64,000 bases of DNA. It comes from a virus (lineage: Duplodnaviria; Caudoviricetes). The position numbers were made by a program, and so were the translations under genes. Shown piece after piece: positions 1-10,323 of this stretch. Numbering within the stretch: the stretch's first letter is position 1; each line of letters begins with the position of its first letter. The stretch is from IMG/VR virus record IMGVR_UViG_3300005805_000065, positions 19,572 to 83,571 of that record; one strand, written 5' to 3'. Below the pieces are notes generated by a model. The model did not search any database, was not told the origin of the DNA, and was given only the letters and a program-made list of their open reading frames with translations.

Positions 1-1
1 A

Positions 2-214
2 GTCCAGTATGCTAAAACTGTTTGCAAATCATGCACTGTTAGAAAAGAATGCATTCTCAATATGTGGGAAACAGATTCTTTTTATGGTGTTAATGGTGGC
101 TTATCTGAATTTGATGTAATGCAAGAAACTTGGAAGAAGGTGAATAAGCCAGATGATTCTAACTGGAAACGAACTGATAGAGTACTTCAAAGATTGTTGC
201 AGAAAGCATCGTAA
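2..214 (+). CDS. whiB: WhiB-family transcription factor, 5'-truncated by window edge
   Basis: Frame 2 reads ...AKTVCKSCTVRKEC...FYGVNGGLSE...*; CxxCxxxxxC plus G[V]xGG turn typical of WhiB. Confidence 0.7.
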   Translation, partial: VQYAKTVCKSCTVRKECILNMWETDSFYGVNGGLSEFDVMQETWKKVNKPDDSNWKRTDRVLQRLLQKAS

Positions 215-455
215 GCTTTTTATACCTGATTCTCCAAGGCAGGAGCAGGTTGCAGACGCGCTATCTTCTTTTTATAAGAAAGACAATCTTGAGAATGCGA
301 TAGAATACTTCATAAAATCTCGCCCAGGTCCATTCTTGGTGTTTGATTTTGCTGTAGAATCTAGAACATTCGTTGAAAAGGTTGAGTTTGAAAAGAAGTC
401 GCAAGATAAGTTTAAGGACATTGTACAGGAAACTAAAAAAAGATTGGAATCGTAA
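153..455 (+). CDS. hypothetical protein upstream of helicase
   Basis: 100-aa ORF whose stop abuts the dnaB start. Confidence 0.6.
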   Translation: MILTGNELIEYFKDCCRKHRKLFIPDSPRQEQVADALSSFYKKDNLENAIEYFIKSRPGPFLVFDFAVESRTFVEKVEFEKKSQDKFKDIVQETKKRLES

Positions 456-1670
456 ATGAATTACGAAGTTAGATTGCTTAATGCAATCATTGACTCTAAA
501 GATTACATCTCTGCTGTGAATGGAGGTGTTGAAAATGTGTTTTTAGAACATCGTGATATATGGAATTTTATAGTAAACCATTATGAAAACCATAAGCGAG
601 TTCCGTCTAAAGAAACAGTAAAGCAACATCACCCGGATTTTGAATTTATATCAACACCAGAGCCAATTGCTTATTATGTTGATGAAGCTAAAAAAGAATC
701 TTTGGCATATCAGACAAGAAGTATTGTTTCAAAAGCGCACACATTAATTGGCGAAATGGGCGCAAGGCAAGCGATTTCTTATTTGATGGAAGAAGCTTCA
801 AAGCTTTATAAGTTTTCCAGCAACCTAAAAGACACTGATCTTGTTGGTGAATGGAAGGATAGAGCCGAGGACTTAAAAGAGAGATCTAAGAATAAAAAGG
901 AAATTCAAGGCATACCTTCTGGCATTAATGTAATTGACAAGGTGTTTGGCGGTTGGCAACCTGGAGACTTTGTTGTTCTACTAGGCTGGACCGGCGTTGG
1001 TAAATCATTTATTGCAAGATTATTTGCTGTGAATGCTTGGAAATCTGGTTATAGACCGCTTATCATTTCATTAGAAATGAATAAGCAACAAGAAGGACAA
1101 AGACTAGACACTCTTTTAAATAATGGCGAAGGGCACTTTACTAATACCGACTTAATAAAGGCAAACCCAGACATCCTTGAAACATATGAAAAGTGGGCTG
1201 AAGCTACCTTTGCAGGAAAACATGCAATTCATTTAGTAACATCAGAAGGTCTTGAAACAGCAGATCAAAATATGGTTCAAGCCAAGATAGATCAATATCA
1301 TCCTGATATTGTTATTCTTGATTATCATGGTTTATTTGATGATGCATCTGGTTCTAAAACTGAAACAGAAAAAGCAAAGAATCTATCGAAAGCTTTTAAG
1401 AGAATAGCTGTTAAGAATGGCGTTCCAATCATAGATGTTGCTGCTGTAACAATGGCTGATGGTCATTCAGAGAGACCACCGGAGTTGGAAGAAGTCGCTT
1501 GGAGTAAACAGTTGGCATATGATGCTGACTTAGTATTGGCGATACACAGAGAAATGTCGTCAGACTTATTCCAAGTGGTGTCTAGGAAAGTAAGGCGAGC
1601 GTCACACTTCGGCTTCTATCTTAGATGGAACCTAGAAACAGGAAAATGGACAGAGGAGTGGGATATCTAA
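456..1670 (+). CDS. dnaB: DnaB-like replicative helicase
   Basis: Walker A GWTGVGKS, SLEM motif, Walker B VILDYH, QLAYDAD motif. Confidence 0.93.
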   Translation: MNYEVRLLNAIIDSKDYISAVNGGVENVFLEHRDIWNFIVNHYENHKRVPSKETVKQHHPDFEFISTPEPIAYYVDEAKKESLAYQTRSIVSKAHTLIGEMGARQAISYLMEEASKLYKFSSNLKDTDLVGEWKDRAEDLKERSKNKKEIQGIPSGINVIDKVFGGWQPGDFVVLLGWTGVGKSFIARLFAVNAWKSGYRPLIISLEMNKQQEGQRLDTLLNNGEGHFTNTDLIKANPDILETYEKWAEATFAGKHAIHLVTSEGLETADQNMVQAKIDQYHPDIVILDYHGLFDDASGSKTETEKAKNLSKAFKRIAVKNGVPIIDVAAVTMADGHSERPPELEEVAWSKQLAYDADLVLAIHREMSSDLFQVVSRKVRRASHFGFYLRWNLETGKWTEEWDI

Positions 1671-1852
1671 TGGGAAAGAAAATAAACAAAGTCATTGTAT
1701 CCGGCGAGGTCATAGATATTGAAACGCTGGCTAGACTAAGACCTTGGATGGAAGATGAGGCAAGAAAGAAAAAGGGAAGTTTTGGAAAGACAAGTTTGAT
1801 CACTGATTACGATGCAGGGCGCGATGTCTATAAGTTCAAAATTTACGTCTAA
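1625..1852 (+). CDS. hypothetical protein (likely start 1670)
   Basis: Small ORF coupled between helicase and primase. Confidence 0.5.
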   Translation: MEPRNRKMDRGVGYLMGKKINKVIVSGEVIDIETLARLRPWMEDEARKKKGSFGKTSLITDYDAGRDVYKFKIYV

Positions 1853-2750
1853 GCAATTAGAAGAAGAAATATACGATTTATTTACAAAGTATTCTGTTCC
1901 AGTACAATCAGCAACTGGTCAAGAATTAAATGTATATTGCCCATTTCATAAAAATGTGCACAGCGCTGCTATGTACATTAATGTTAAGACAGGTTTATGG
2001 CAGTGCTTTAATCCGTCATGTGGAAAGAAAGGTAATTTTAGACAATTATATTTCCATTTGACAGGCAAGCCATATGGTAAAGATTTTGCACTAGATAAAG
2101 TTTCACTTGAAAAGCAATTGAATAGTTATAAGTATGTAAAAGAAAATAGTGATGAGCTTGTAATTGATAGTGTGGTGATAGATTACGATGATGAGAGTCA
2201 AACATCTAAATTAACAACTTTGATTGAAAGAGGGTTGACGCTAGACACATTAATGCATTTTGAAGTTGGTTTTTCAACAGAGAAAAATAGAGTTGTTATA
2301 CCGGTAAGATCGCATAACTATAAACTAACCGGGTTTATTGGCAGAGCAGTCGAGTCATACCAGGAGCCTAGATATCTGTACAATAAGGGCTTTAAAAGAG
2401 CTGACAATTTATTTAATATTCAAAATGCTAAGCAACACCCATCCTGTATAATTGTTGAAGGCAGTATAGATTGCATGTTCGTTCATCAAGCAGGATTCCC
2501 TAATACGATAGCAACGCTTGGTGCTGCCGTGTCTGAAAAACAGGTAGGGATGATAAGAAAATTTTTTGACAGCATTATCATATTTTCTGACAATGATGAC
2601 GCTGGACACGCCATGCGGCGTGCTATTATAGAGATGTGTCGAGGGAAAGATCTCTCGTTCGCAAGCATTCCATCGGGGTTGAAAGACCCAGGTGAAATGA
2701 CTAGTAATGAAATACAGCAAGCAATTAACAACAAAAATCAAATCATATAG
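1824..2750 (+). CDS. dnaG: DNA primase (CHC2 zinc finger + TOPRIM)
   Basis: CPFH...CFNPSC zinc finger; VEGSIDC and FSDNDDAG TOPRIM motifs. Confidence 0.92.
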   Translation: MSISSKFTSKQLEEEIYDLFTKYSVPVQSATGQELNVYCPFHKNVHSAAMYINVKTGLWQCFNPSCGKKGNFRQLYFHLTGKPYGKDFALDKVSLEKQLNSYKYVKENSDELVIDSVVIDYDDESQTSKLTTLIERGLTLDTLMHFEVGFSTEKNRVVIPVRSHNYKLTGFIGRAVESYQEPRYLYNKGFKRADNLFNIQNAKQHPSCIIVEGSIDCMFVHQAGFPNTIATLGAAVSEKQVGMIRKFFDSIIIFSDNDDAGHAMRRAIIEMCRGKDLSFASIPSGLKDPGEMTSNEIQQAINNKNQII

Positions 2751-2761
2751 GAGAAATATAC

Positions 2762-3403
2762 ATGGCATTTACATCAGTTAAAACATTAAAAGACCTTGAA
2801 AAGGCAGTAACACCAACAGGTGGAAAGAGTGGTCCGAAACGCTTTTTTACTGTTCAAGCAGGGCAGTCATTCAGAATTAGATTCAGACAGGAATTAACAG
2901 AAGACTCTAAAAACTACTCTGAAGCTACCGGCACTGGAATTACAGTTCCAGTCGTAACCTCACCAGTTAACTGGAAGTGGAGAGTTGCATCAACTGCATC
3001 TATGGAAGAATTTAATTATAGATGCTGGGCGAGCGAGCAGGCAGTAGTCGATAAAGCATGGAGACCAAAGCCGCACTTGTTAATCAACATTGCAGTTGAA
3101 ACAGAGCCAGGTGTTTGGGAACCAAGAGTGCTTGACACAACATTTAATCAGCGACATGTTGGATTGACGCTTATTGAATACGCTAAAGAGTTCGGTACAA
3201 TTACTGATAGATATTATAAGTATTCTCGTACTGGTTCGACTGCAGCAGATACAAACTATTCACTTATCCCTCTCGATGCATCGCCGGAAACAAGCCTTAT
3301 CAAGGATCTTCCAATGCATCAGTTAGATAATGTGTATATGAAGTTGCCATACGAAAAGCAACAAGTGTTCTTGACCACTGGCGAATTAAAAGATAGCTGG
3401 TGA
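2762..3403 (+). CDS. putative single-stranded DNA-binding protein (gp32-like)
   Basis: Position after primase; aromatic-rich OB-like pattern (RIRFRQE...YKYSRTG...YSLIP). Confidence 0.55.
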   Translation: MAFTSVKTLKDLEKAVTPTGGKSGPKRFFTVQAGQSFRIRFRQELTEDSKNYSEATGTGITVPVVTSPVNWKWRVASTASMEEFNYRCWASEQAVVDKAWRPKPHLLINIAVETEPGVWEPRVLDTTFNQRHVGLTLIEYAKEFGTITDRYYKYSRTGSTAADTNYSLIPLDASPETSLIKDLPMHQLDNVYMKLPYEKQQVFLTTGELKDSW

Positions 3404-3411
3404 TTTGAACA

Positions 3412-3485
3412 GGGGGCATAGCTCAATTGGCGAGAGCATCTGCTTTGCAAGCAGAAGGTTAAGGGTTCAATTCCCTTTGCCTCCA
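3412..3485 (+). tRNA. tRNA-Ala(UGC)
   Basis: GGGGGCA/TGCCTCC acceptor, TCTGC-TTTGCAA-GCAGA anticodon arm, GGTTCAATT T-loop. Confidence 0.95.
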
Positions 3486-3501
3486 CGAAAGAGAGAATAA
3501 A

Positions 3502-4068
3502 ATGAAAACAACAAAAGTGCAAAGCCCAACTATTGTATTTGATTTAGATGGCGTGATTGCTGATATTAATTCATCAATGAGTGAATGGCTTAACAATGCC
3601 AGCACTTCGGTTGATGGAGTTGATTACGGAAAATGGCTCATATCAAAAGTAGATGATCCAGATGTATTGAAGATATTTAACACTCCATTATTTTGGGCTA
3701 ACATGAAGCCATATGAGGATGCTTGGTATCAGATAAATTATTGGTTCAGTATTGGATATAACATTGATATTGTTACAGCCAGACAGCAACCGGCATCAGT
3801 TGAGCAAACTTTACCATGGTTAGAAAAGTGGAACATAAATTCAAGGATGCCTTACTTTTCGGAGTTTGGTAAGAAAATTAATGTTATCAAAAACATTGAT
3901 CCAATATTTGTTGTTGAAGATAATCCGGCAGAAATTGAAGAGCTGCAAAAATCTGGAATCAAATGCTACTTGAGAAAACAATGGTATAACGAGAAATATT
4001 GGGATAAATACGAATCTATAGACACTCTTTTTGATATCATACTGGAACCATTGCCTAGCGAATTTTAA
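3502..4068 (+). CDS. HAD-superfamily 5'(3')-deoxyribonucleotidase-like protein
   Basis: IVFDLDGVIAD motif I, IVTAR, VVEDN. Confidence 0.8.
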   Translation: MKTTKVQSPTIVFDLDGVIADINSSMSEWLNNASTSVDGVDYGKWLISKVDDPDVLKIFNTPLFWANMKPYEDAWYQINYWFSIGYNIDIVTARQQPASVEQTLPWLEKWNINSRMPYFSEFGKKINVIKNIDPIFVVEDNPAEIEELQKSGIKCYLRKQWYNEKYWDKYESIDTLFDIILEPLPSEF

Positions 4069-4077
4069 GGAGAAGAA

Positions 4078-7000
4078 GTGACAAATTTTGTCCACCTTCA
4101 CTGCCATTCTGAATACTCCCTGCTCGATGGCATGTCAACGCCAGACGAGATAGCCAAGATTACAAGCACAAATGGTCAAATTGCCGCAGCTATCACAGAC
4201 CACGGCACAATGGGCGGTGTTTTAAAATTCCAGGATGCTTGCAATAAGCATAATGTAAAACCGCTATTTGGTATTGAAGCATACTTTGTGCCATCGGTCC
4301 CGCAAGACTCAGAAGACACAAGCGAGAGATTTCATTTAATTCTTCTTGCCAAAACAAATGAGGGGTTACAAAAGCTCTTTAAGATAAACCAAACTGCATG
4401 GATGAAGAATTTCTACTATAAGCCAAGAATAGATTTTGATCTTCTTGAAGAGATGGTGGATAACGATATTATTGCGCTGTCCGGCTGTATGGCAAGTGCC
4501 ATATCAAAATCAATTATGGCGGGAGATACAAATAGGGCTCAAGAGCTATCAGAACGCTTCCTAAAGATATTTAAAGATGACTTCTACTATGAAGTGCAGG
4601 CTTGGAACCCAAAGGGATTAAATGATGGTCTTATAAGTTTGGCGGCTACATACAATAGACCTGTCGTAGCAACAGCAGATTGTCACTTCCCTACAAGACA
4701 TGACAAAGGATGTGAAGAAATCCTACTTATGATTTCACAATACCCCAGCCTTGGTGCAGCCGAACAACGGCATGCCAAAGAGCATGCCGATAGCATTCAT
4801 ATGGCGGGTCTTGATATGGTGGCGAAAATCAATAATATGTATCCTAACCGGTCTCTTAGGTTTGATGAGATCAATCCATACTTGGCAAATGCAGGCGAAG
4901 TGGCATCGTGGTTTAAAGATGCAGGTTATGACCGTACCGACATTCTGGAGAATACGATAGAGATAGCCGACAAATGCACGGCAAAGTTGGAGAAGCGAAA
5001 GAACCTGCTTCCGAAGTTTATGCGCACAATCAACTCGGATGATTATCTGGCGGAAGTTACAAGCTTTCGCCTAAAAGAGCTGGGGTTGGGTGAAGAATAT
5101 GTGCAACGGCTCAACGAAGAATTAGGAATTATTAAACAGCTCGGCTTTGCCGATTATTTCTTGATCGTATGGGATCTTGTTAAGTGGGCGGATAACAACG
5201 GCATTGGCAGAGGCACAGGGCGAGGCTCGGTGGGCGGTAGTGTGCTGGCGTATCTGCTCGACATTTCCAAAGTAGACCCGATTAAATACAACCTGCTGTT
5301 TTCCCGATTTATAAACCCCGAAAGAAACGACTATCCCGATATTGACTTGGACTTTGAAGATAAGCGCCGGGATGAAGTCAAAAATTATCTCGCCACACGC
5401 TGGGGTGAAGATAAGGTTGCCGCAATTTCGATCTATGGTACATTCAAGCCAAAGAGTGCGGTCAAAGATGTTGCCCGCATTTTGCAGGTTCCCTATGCTG
5501 AGATCAATGCGATTACACCGTACTTTGAAACAATCGATGAATTAAAGAGCACGGATAAAGGAAAGATATTCGTTCGCAAATATCCCGATGTGCCGATATT
5601 GGCAGAGAAACTGCAAGAGCGTGTTCGCACCGCAGGTGTCCATGCCGCAGGCATGGTGGTGTCTGCCGTACCGCTTACCGAGGTCTGTCCTGTGGAGTCA
5701 AGAAAGGACTCTCAAGGTGGGGAACGAAGTGCCGTTACAGCCTTTGCAATGGAAGACGCAGAAGCCGTTGGGCTTATTAAAATAGATGTTTTGGGTCTCA
5801 AGACCGTATCGGTCATTAAAGACGCGCTAGCGATGATTAGAGAGCGTTATAGCGTGGATGTGGAGGCACAATCCCTTGCCCTAGACGACCCAAAGGTGTA
5901 TGAGAACTTTAATAACATCAATACGGTAGGTATTTTCCAAACAGATGCCGCCGCCTATCGTAATTTGATAGAAAGAATGGGTATCGATAACTTTAACGAT
6001 CTTGTGGTGTCAAACGCTCTGGTTAGACCAGGTGCATTGCTGTCACAAGGGCAGAGGTATATCGATTGTAAGAAGGGTGAGTCAAAGCCCAAGTATCCAC
6101 ATGAGGTAGTACAGTCAATTTTGGAAGAAACATATGGCACGGTTATTTTCCAAGAGCAATTGATGCAAATGGCGGTGCTTTTGGCTGGATTTACATGGTC
6201 AGAAGCCGACTCGCTGCGTAAGATTATCGGTAAAAAGAGAGATGCAGCTGAGTTTGATAAGTTCAAAGATAAGTTTGTAAGCAATACATATCTTACCAAG
6301 GCGCAATCTGAAAAGATTTGGTCTGAGTTTGAAATGTCAGCGTTATATATGTTTAATAAATCTCACGCTGTTGCCTATTCACTCATGTCATATCAGACAA
6401 TGTGGTTGAAAGTCAACTATCCGCTTGAATTTATGTGGGCGTTACTGTACAACGAGTCGGCAACCGATAAAATTACGGCATATTTGATGGAGGCTCAGCG
6501 CCTAGGGCTTAAAATCTATCCACCGGACATCAATAAGTCGCAAGAATTCTTCTCAATGTCACTTCCTGGTGAAGATGAAGGTATTAGATTTGGTCTTACC
6601 AATGTTACCGGCTGTGGTGTAAGTGCAATTAAAGAAATTTTCGGCAAGAGACCGTTTAATTCATTTGAAGAATTTAACAACAAGTGCTCTAAGTCTGCTG
6701 TTAAGGCTCCACTGAGAGAAAATCTGGACAAAGTTGGTGCATTTGAATCAATCGGTCATGTGTCCCAGTTTGATCACCCAAGATATTATCTACCTGTGCT
6801 GGGATTCCCGATTAAAGCAAGTGAATTTAAGACAGAGATTGACGAATTTGTAGAAAATGCTGCAGATTTTCATGAAACAATATCAAATCTTACCCTGATT
6901 AAAGCTGTGGTGAGATCTACAAAGAAAGCACAAAATTATTTGCGTGTGGAATTTGAAGATCACTCCGGCTCATGCACTGTGTTTGGTGAAAGAAACACAG

Positions 7001-7488
7001 AATTAGCGCAACGAGATTATGTGTACGCACTAATTGGCGACAGAACATTACATGCTTACTGTGATGTTTATCAAGCTCAGGATTCAAAGTTGTTTAATAT
7101 CATGATGATGAAGAAAGAAGGAATGGATCACAAATATTCCTGGGTTTATAAGCATGATATTGGATTCATTAACGATCCGAAAACAATGATGCATGTTTTT
7201 AACATTAGAAGTTTTACAACTTCCACCGGTAAGGAGATGGCAAGCGTATACTGCTGGGATGGCAAGCAGTTTTTCAAAGTTGTTATCTTCTCTGCTGTCT
7301 ATAAGAAAGTTAAAAACATCTTAAAGGAAGGAGAATGGTATGCAGCAAGACTTTCAAGAATTGAAGATAAAGAAACACTTAATCGTCTTGACTCATTCAA
7401 GCTCGATTCTGCTGATAAACTGATTACGATAGAGGATTATATTAAGAGAAAAAATATTAAGCAGGAAGCGCATGAAGTTCTCGCATAA
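4078..7488 (+). CDS. dnaE: DNA polymerase III alpha subunit
   Basis: PHP HLHCHSEYSLLDG, GRGSVGGS, PDIDLDF, FNKSHA motifs. Confidence 0.97.
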   Translation: MTNFVHLHCHSEYSLLDGMSTPDEIAKITSTNGQIAAAITDHGTMGGVLKFQDACNKHNVKPLFGIEAYFVPSVPQDSEDTSERFHLILLAKTNEGLQKLFKINQTAWMKNFYYKPRIDFDLLEEMVDNDIIALSGCMASAISKSIMAGDTNRAQELSERFLKIFKDDFYYEVQAWNPKGLNDGLISLAATYNRPVVATADCHFPTRHDKGCEEILLMISQYPSLGAAEQRHAKEHADSIHMAGLDMVAKINNMYPNRSLRFDEINPYLANAGEVASWFKDAGYDRTDILENTIEIADKCTAKLEKRKNLLPKFMRTINSDDYLAEVTSFRLKELGLGEEYVQRLNEELGIIKQLGFADYFLIVWDLVKWADNNGIGRGTGRGSVGGSVLAYLLDISKVDPIKYNLLFSRFINPERNDYPDIDLDFEDKRRDEVKNYLATRWGEDKVAAISIYGTFKPKSAVKDVARILQVPYAEINAITPYFETIDELKSTDKGKIFVRKYPDVPILAEKLQERVRTAGVHAAGMVVSAVPLTEVCPVESRKDSQGGERSAVTAFAMEDAEAVGLIKIDVLGLKTVSVIKDALAMIRERYSVDVEAQSLALDDPKVYENFNNINTVGIFQTDAAAYRNLIERMGIDNFNDLVVSNALVRPGALLSQGQRYIDCKKGESKPKYPHEVVQSILEETYGTVIFQEQLMQMAVLLAGFTWSEADSLRKIIGKKRDAAEFDKFKDKFVSNTYLTKAQSEKIWSEFEMSALYMFNKSHAVAYSLMSYQTMWLKVNYPLEFMWALLYNESATDKITAYLMEAQRLGLKIYPPDINKSQEFFSMSLPGEDEGIRFGLTNVTGCGVSAIKEIFGKRPFNSFEEFNNKCSKSAVKAPLRENLDKVGAFESIGHVSQFDHPRYYLPVLGFPIKASEFKTEIDEFVENAADFHETISNLTLIKAVVRSTKKAQNYLRVEFEDHSGSCTVFGERNTELAQRDYVYALIGDRTLHAYCDVYQAQDSKLFNIMMMKKEGMDHKYSWVYKHDIGFINDPKTMMHVFNIRSFTTSTGKEMASVYCWDGKQFFKVVIFSAVYKKVKNILKEGEWYAARLSRIEDKETLNRLDSFKLDSADKLITIEDYIKRKNIKQEAHEVLA

Positions 7489-8167
7489 AGTATTTCATTT
7501 GGATAAAGACATAGAGAGAGAGCACCTTTATAAATCAATAAATGATTATATTGGACAGTATTCTTCTGAGTTAGATAGCCCTACGATTGAAATATCGTGT
7601 AGAGAACATCTTGATAATTTTTATAATACATCAGATATTAGATTTTCAAATACTGGGTATGAATTTAATAATGAGATCGGTTGGAGATTTGGTGAATTAG
7701 GAATATGGGCAAGCAATATTGCTGCATATAAAAAATTTCTTGAAACAGATTCTGATTGTTTAATATTGATAGAGGATGATATCGAATATATGCCAGGATT
7801 TTTTGATAATCTACTTTATTATATGTCGCAGCTTCCAGATGACTGGGATGCATTTTTTTACTACGCCCCGGATAATAGCAGTCATAATGTATCTCAAGAA
7901 TTTTTAACAATCGAGCCAAATAAAATAAATATATGCAAAACATACCAAGATTGGTCGTGTCTGTGTTATATAATTAATAGAAATACAGCTAAGAGGATTC
8001 TGGATGATGTCGTTAATCCAATCAATCTTCCGCTAGATTATTATTTTTTTAGACAACCAGATAAGTATAATTCATATACAGTAAAGCCTACATCTAAATT
8101 GTATTGCAGGATTGCTAATATGAAATCAACATTTCAACATAAACAAAAAAGAGAGGTATTAAATTGA
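7472..8167 (+). CDS. glycosyltransferase family 25-like
   Basis: GELGIWASN...LILIEDD; CYIINRNTAKRIL; LPLDYY. Confidence 0.75.
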   Translation: MKFSHKVFHLDKDIEREHLYKSINDYIGQYSSELDSPTIEISCREHLDNFYNTSDIRFSNTGYEFNNEIGWRFGELGIWASNIAAYKKFLETDSDCLILIEDDIEYMPGFFDNLLYYMSQLPDDWDAFFYYAPDNSSHNVSQEFLTIEPNKINICKTYQDWSCLCYIINRNTAKRILDDVVNPINLPLDYYFFRQPDKYNSYTVKPTSKLYCRIANMKSTFQHKQKREVLN

Positions 8168-8781
8168 GTAGGGAACTTGCTGAGAAATTACCAAATTGGT
8201 TTCTAGGCAATCAGACGGAAAAAGATTTCCAAAGATTGCTTGCTGAGTTTAATGGAAAGCCAAATCTGCAATTTTTAGAAATAGGTTCGTTTTGTGGTAA
8301 TAGTGCTGCATGGGTTATGCAAAATATATTAACAGACCCATCTTGTACACTTACATGTGTTGATCCCTGGAATGGTAATGTGGCACATGAGACATTTAGT
8401 TTTGCAGAAGTTGAGGCTGCATTTGATCAGCAGCTTCAACCGTACAGTGATAGATTGATTAAGCAAAAAATGTATAGTGAAGATTATCTTATGAAAAATA
8501 GAGATAAGCAATTTGATTTTATTTATATTGATGGCGATCATATGCCTCAAGCATTTATGCTTGATGCCTTGCTTTCTTGGGAATTGTTAAAACCCGGTGG
8601 AATAATGGCAATAGATGATTATGCATGGAGTCATCCGCAGGGAGAAAGGTATAATCCAAAACAGGCAATAGATATGTTTGTCAGCATGTATTCAGAGCAC
8701 TGTGTCATTCTTGAAAAAGGTTGGCAAGTTTGGATTAGAAAAAATTCTAATTATATTAGACCAGAACACATACACGAATAA
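8164..8781 (+). CDS. class I SAM-dependent methyltransferase (Methyltransf_24-like)
   Basis: FLEIGSFCGNS, FDFIYIDGDH, LKPGGIMAIDDY. Confidence 0.88.
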   Translation: MSRELAEKLPNWFLGNQTEKDFQRLLAEFNGKPNLQFLEIGSFCGNSAAWVMQNILTDPSCTLTCVDPWNGNVAHETFSFAEVEAAFDQQLQPYSDRLIKQKMYSEDYLMKNRDKQFDFIYIDGDHMPQAFMLDALLSWELLKPGGIMAIDDYAWSHPQGERYNPKQAIDMFVSMYSEHCVILEKGWQVWIRKNSNYIRPEHIHE

Positions 8782-8789
8782 GGAGAAAT

Positions 8790-9704
8790 ATGTTATTAGT
8801 AGATAAGCGAAAAGGTGATTTGATGCCGGTACACGAAGTGATACCGACACCAAGTATTGGATTAAATAGAGCGCTCGGTGGTGGACTTAATACCGGCGCT
8901 ACGCATTTATTTTGGGGCACACCGTCTGTCGGTAAGACGACAATGTGCTTCAGAATTCTTGCAGAAGCCCAAAAACTTGGCTATCGACCAGTTATCATTG
9001 ATTCAGAGTCTTCATATAATGATGCATATGCCACCAAATGTGGTATAGATGTTGATGATATTGTTGTTGTTCAATCAACTATTGTAGAAGAGATACTTAA
9101 AAATATTTATGAATATCTTACTCACCCTACAGAAAAACATATTTTCTTGTTTGACAGTCTTTCTAATATTATCAAAGAAGAATTTTATGATAAGCCAGAA
9201 GGCGGGAAAGCAATGGGGTTGCAATCAAGATCCCAGGGCTTTTTGCTTCAGAAGCTTGTTAATTATTTGCATAAAGAGAGAAACATAATGCTCTTCGTTG
9301 CTCACCAAACAGTTGATCTTAGCGGTATGTTTGCTGTGACCAAAGCAAAGATGGGTAATACTGTGCATCACAATATGCATAACATTGTTAAACTGTTTTT
9401 ATCAATGTCGAAGAGCGAAATGGAAAGAGATGATACAAATCTCATTACAAGCCAACGTGCAACTTGGACAATTGAAAAAACAAAACAGTTACCAAGTATT
9501 GGAACTACTGGATATTATTATGTTCTTCCGCAAGAAGGTAAGATTGATGCAGATAGAGAACTAATTGATATCGCTGTTGAAATGGAGATCATCCAGCGCA
9601 AGGGGGCGTGGTATTCTTATCAAGACCAAAAGTGGAATGGTTTGACTGCAATTGAACTTACAGATAAACAGCGAGCAGAGATTGGAAAAGCGATTCTTGG
9701 ATGA
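8790..9704 (+). CDS. recA: RecA-like recombinase
   Basis: LNRALGGGL, GTPSVGKT, FLFDSLS, C-terminal KGAWYSY. Confidence 0.92.
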   Translation: MLLVDKRKGDLMPVHEVIPTPSIGLNRALGGGLNTGATHLFWGTPSVGKTTMCFRILAEAQKLGYRPVIIDSESSYNDAYATKCGIDVDDIVVVQSTIVEEILKNIYEYLTHPTEKHIFLFDSLSNIIKEEFYDKPEGGKAMGLQSRSQGFLLQKLVNYLHKERNIMLFVAHQTVDLSGMFAVTKAKMGNTVHHNMHNIVKLFLSMSKSEMERDDTNLITSQRATWTIEKTKQLPSIGTTGYYYVLPQEGKIDADRELIDIAVEMEIIQRKGAWYSYQDQKWNGLTAIELTDKQRAEIGKAILG

Positions 9705-10000
9705 AAAGGACTGAAAGGGAAGAGGCTAAAAGAGACGGGGCGAAGCCTGTTAAAAACTCCGGTAGAGGAATTAAGAAAGGCGATGCTGTTATGAATAAGT
9801 TTATGCTTGACTACAAGCATAACGAAAAAACATTTACTCTCACTCATAAGTTTTGGAAAAAGATCTCAAAAGATGCTTGGAATAATAATTATAAATATCC
9901 ATGCATTTCAGTTGTTATGGGAAAGGATTCTGAAACCAAAGTTGCAATAATTGACTGGGAGGTTTTTAAAGAGCTCATTGAAGGAAGCGAGTACGAATAA
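9701..10000 (+). CDS. putative Holliday junction resolvase (PD-(D/E)XK)
   Basis: NSGRGIKKGDA...LDYKH pattern directly after recA. Confidence 0.6.
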   Translation: MKRTEREEAKRDGAKPVKNSGRGIKKGDAVMNKFMLDYKHNEKTFTLTHKFWKKISKDAWNNNYKYPCISVVMGKDSETKVAIIDWEVFKELIEGSEYE

Positions 10001-10323
10001 TGCCAGATATCATTATTAATAAAGAAATTATTGCTGATCAAATGGGCGATAAAGCTGAAGAGTTTGTTGAGTGCATCAGGATTGTTCAAGACATTATTGA
10101 AAATCCAGATCACTACTTGGGAACTCAAGCTGTTAAGTATGCTAATATACTTGCAGCATACAGAACATTAATGATTGTTAAATCACAAGCATTCAAGAGA
10201 AAGTCTGCAATTATGAGTGATCAAGATAAGTTTGTAAATGATATATGGAAGACAATGTACGAAGCTCTAACAGAAAATATAAATGCATTAAAAATTGCCG
10301 GAAAGGGCGGTTATAACCAATGA
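10000..10323 (+). CDS. hypothetical protein
   Basis: Translationally coupled ORF. Confidence 0.6.
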   Translation: MPDIIINKEIIADQMGDKAEEFVECIRIVQDIIENPDHYLGTQAVKYANILAAYRTLMIVKSQAFKRKSAIMSDQDKFVNDIWKTMYEALTENINALKIAGKGGYNQ

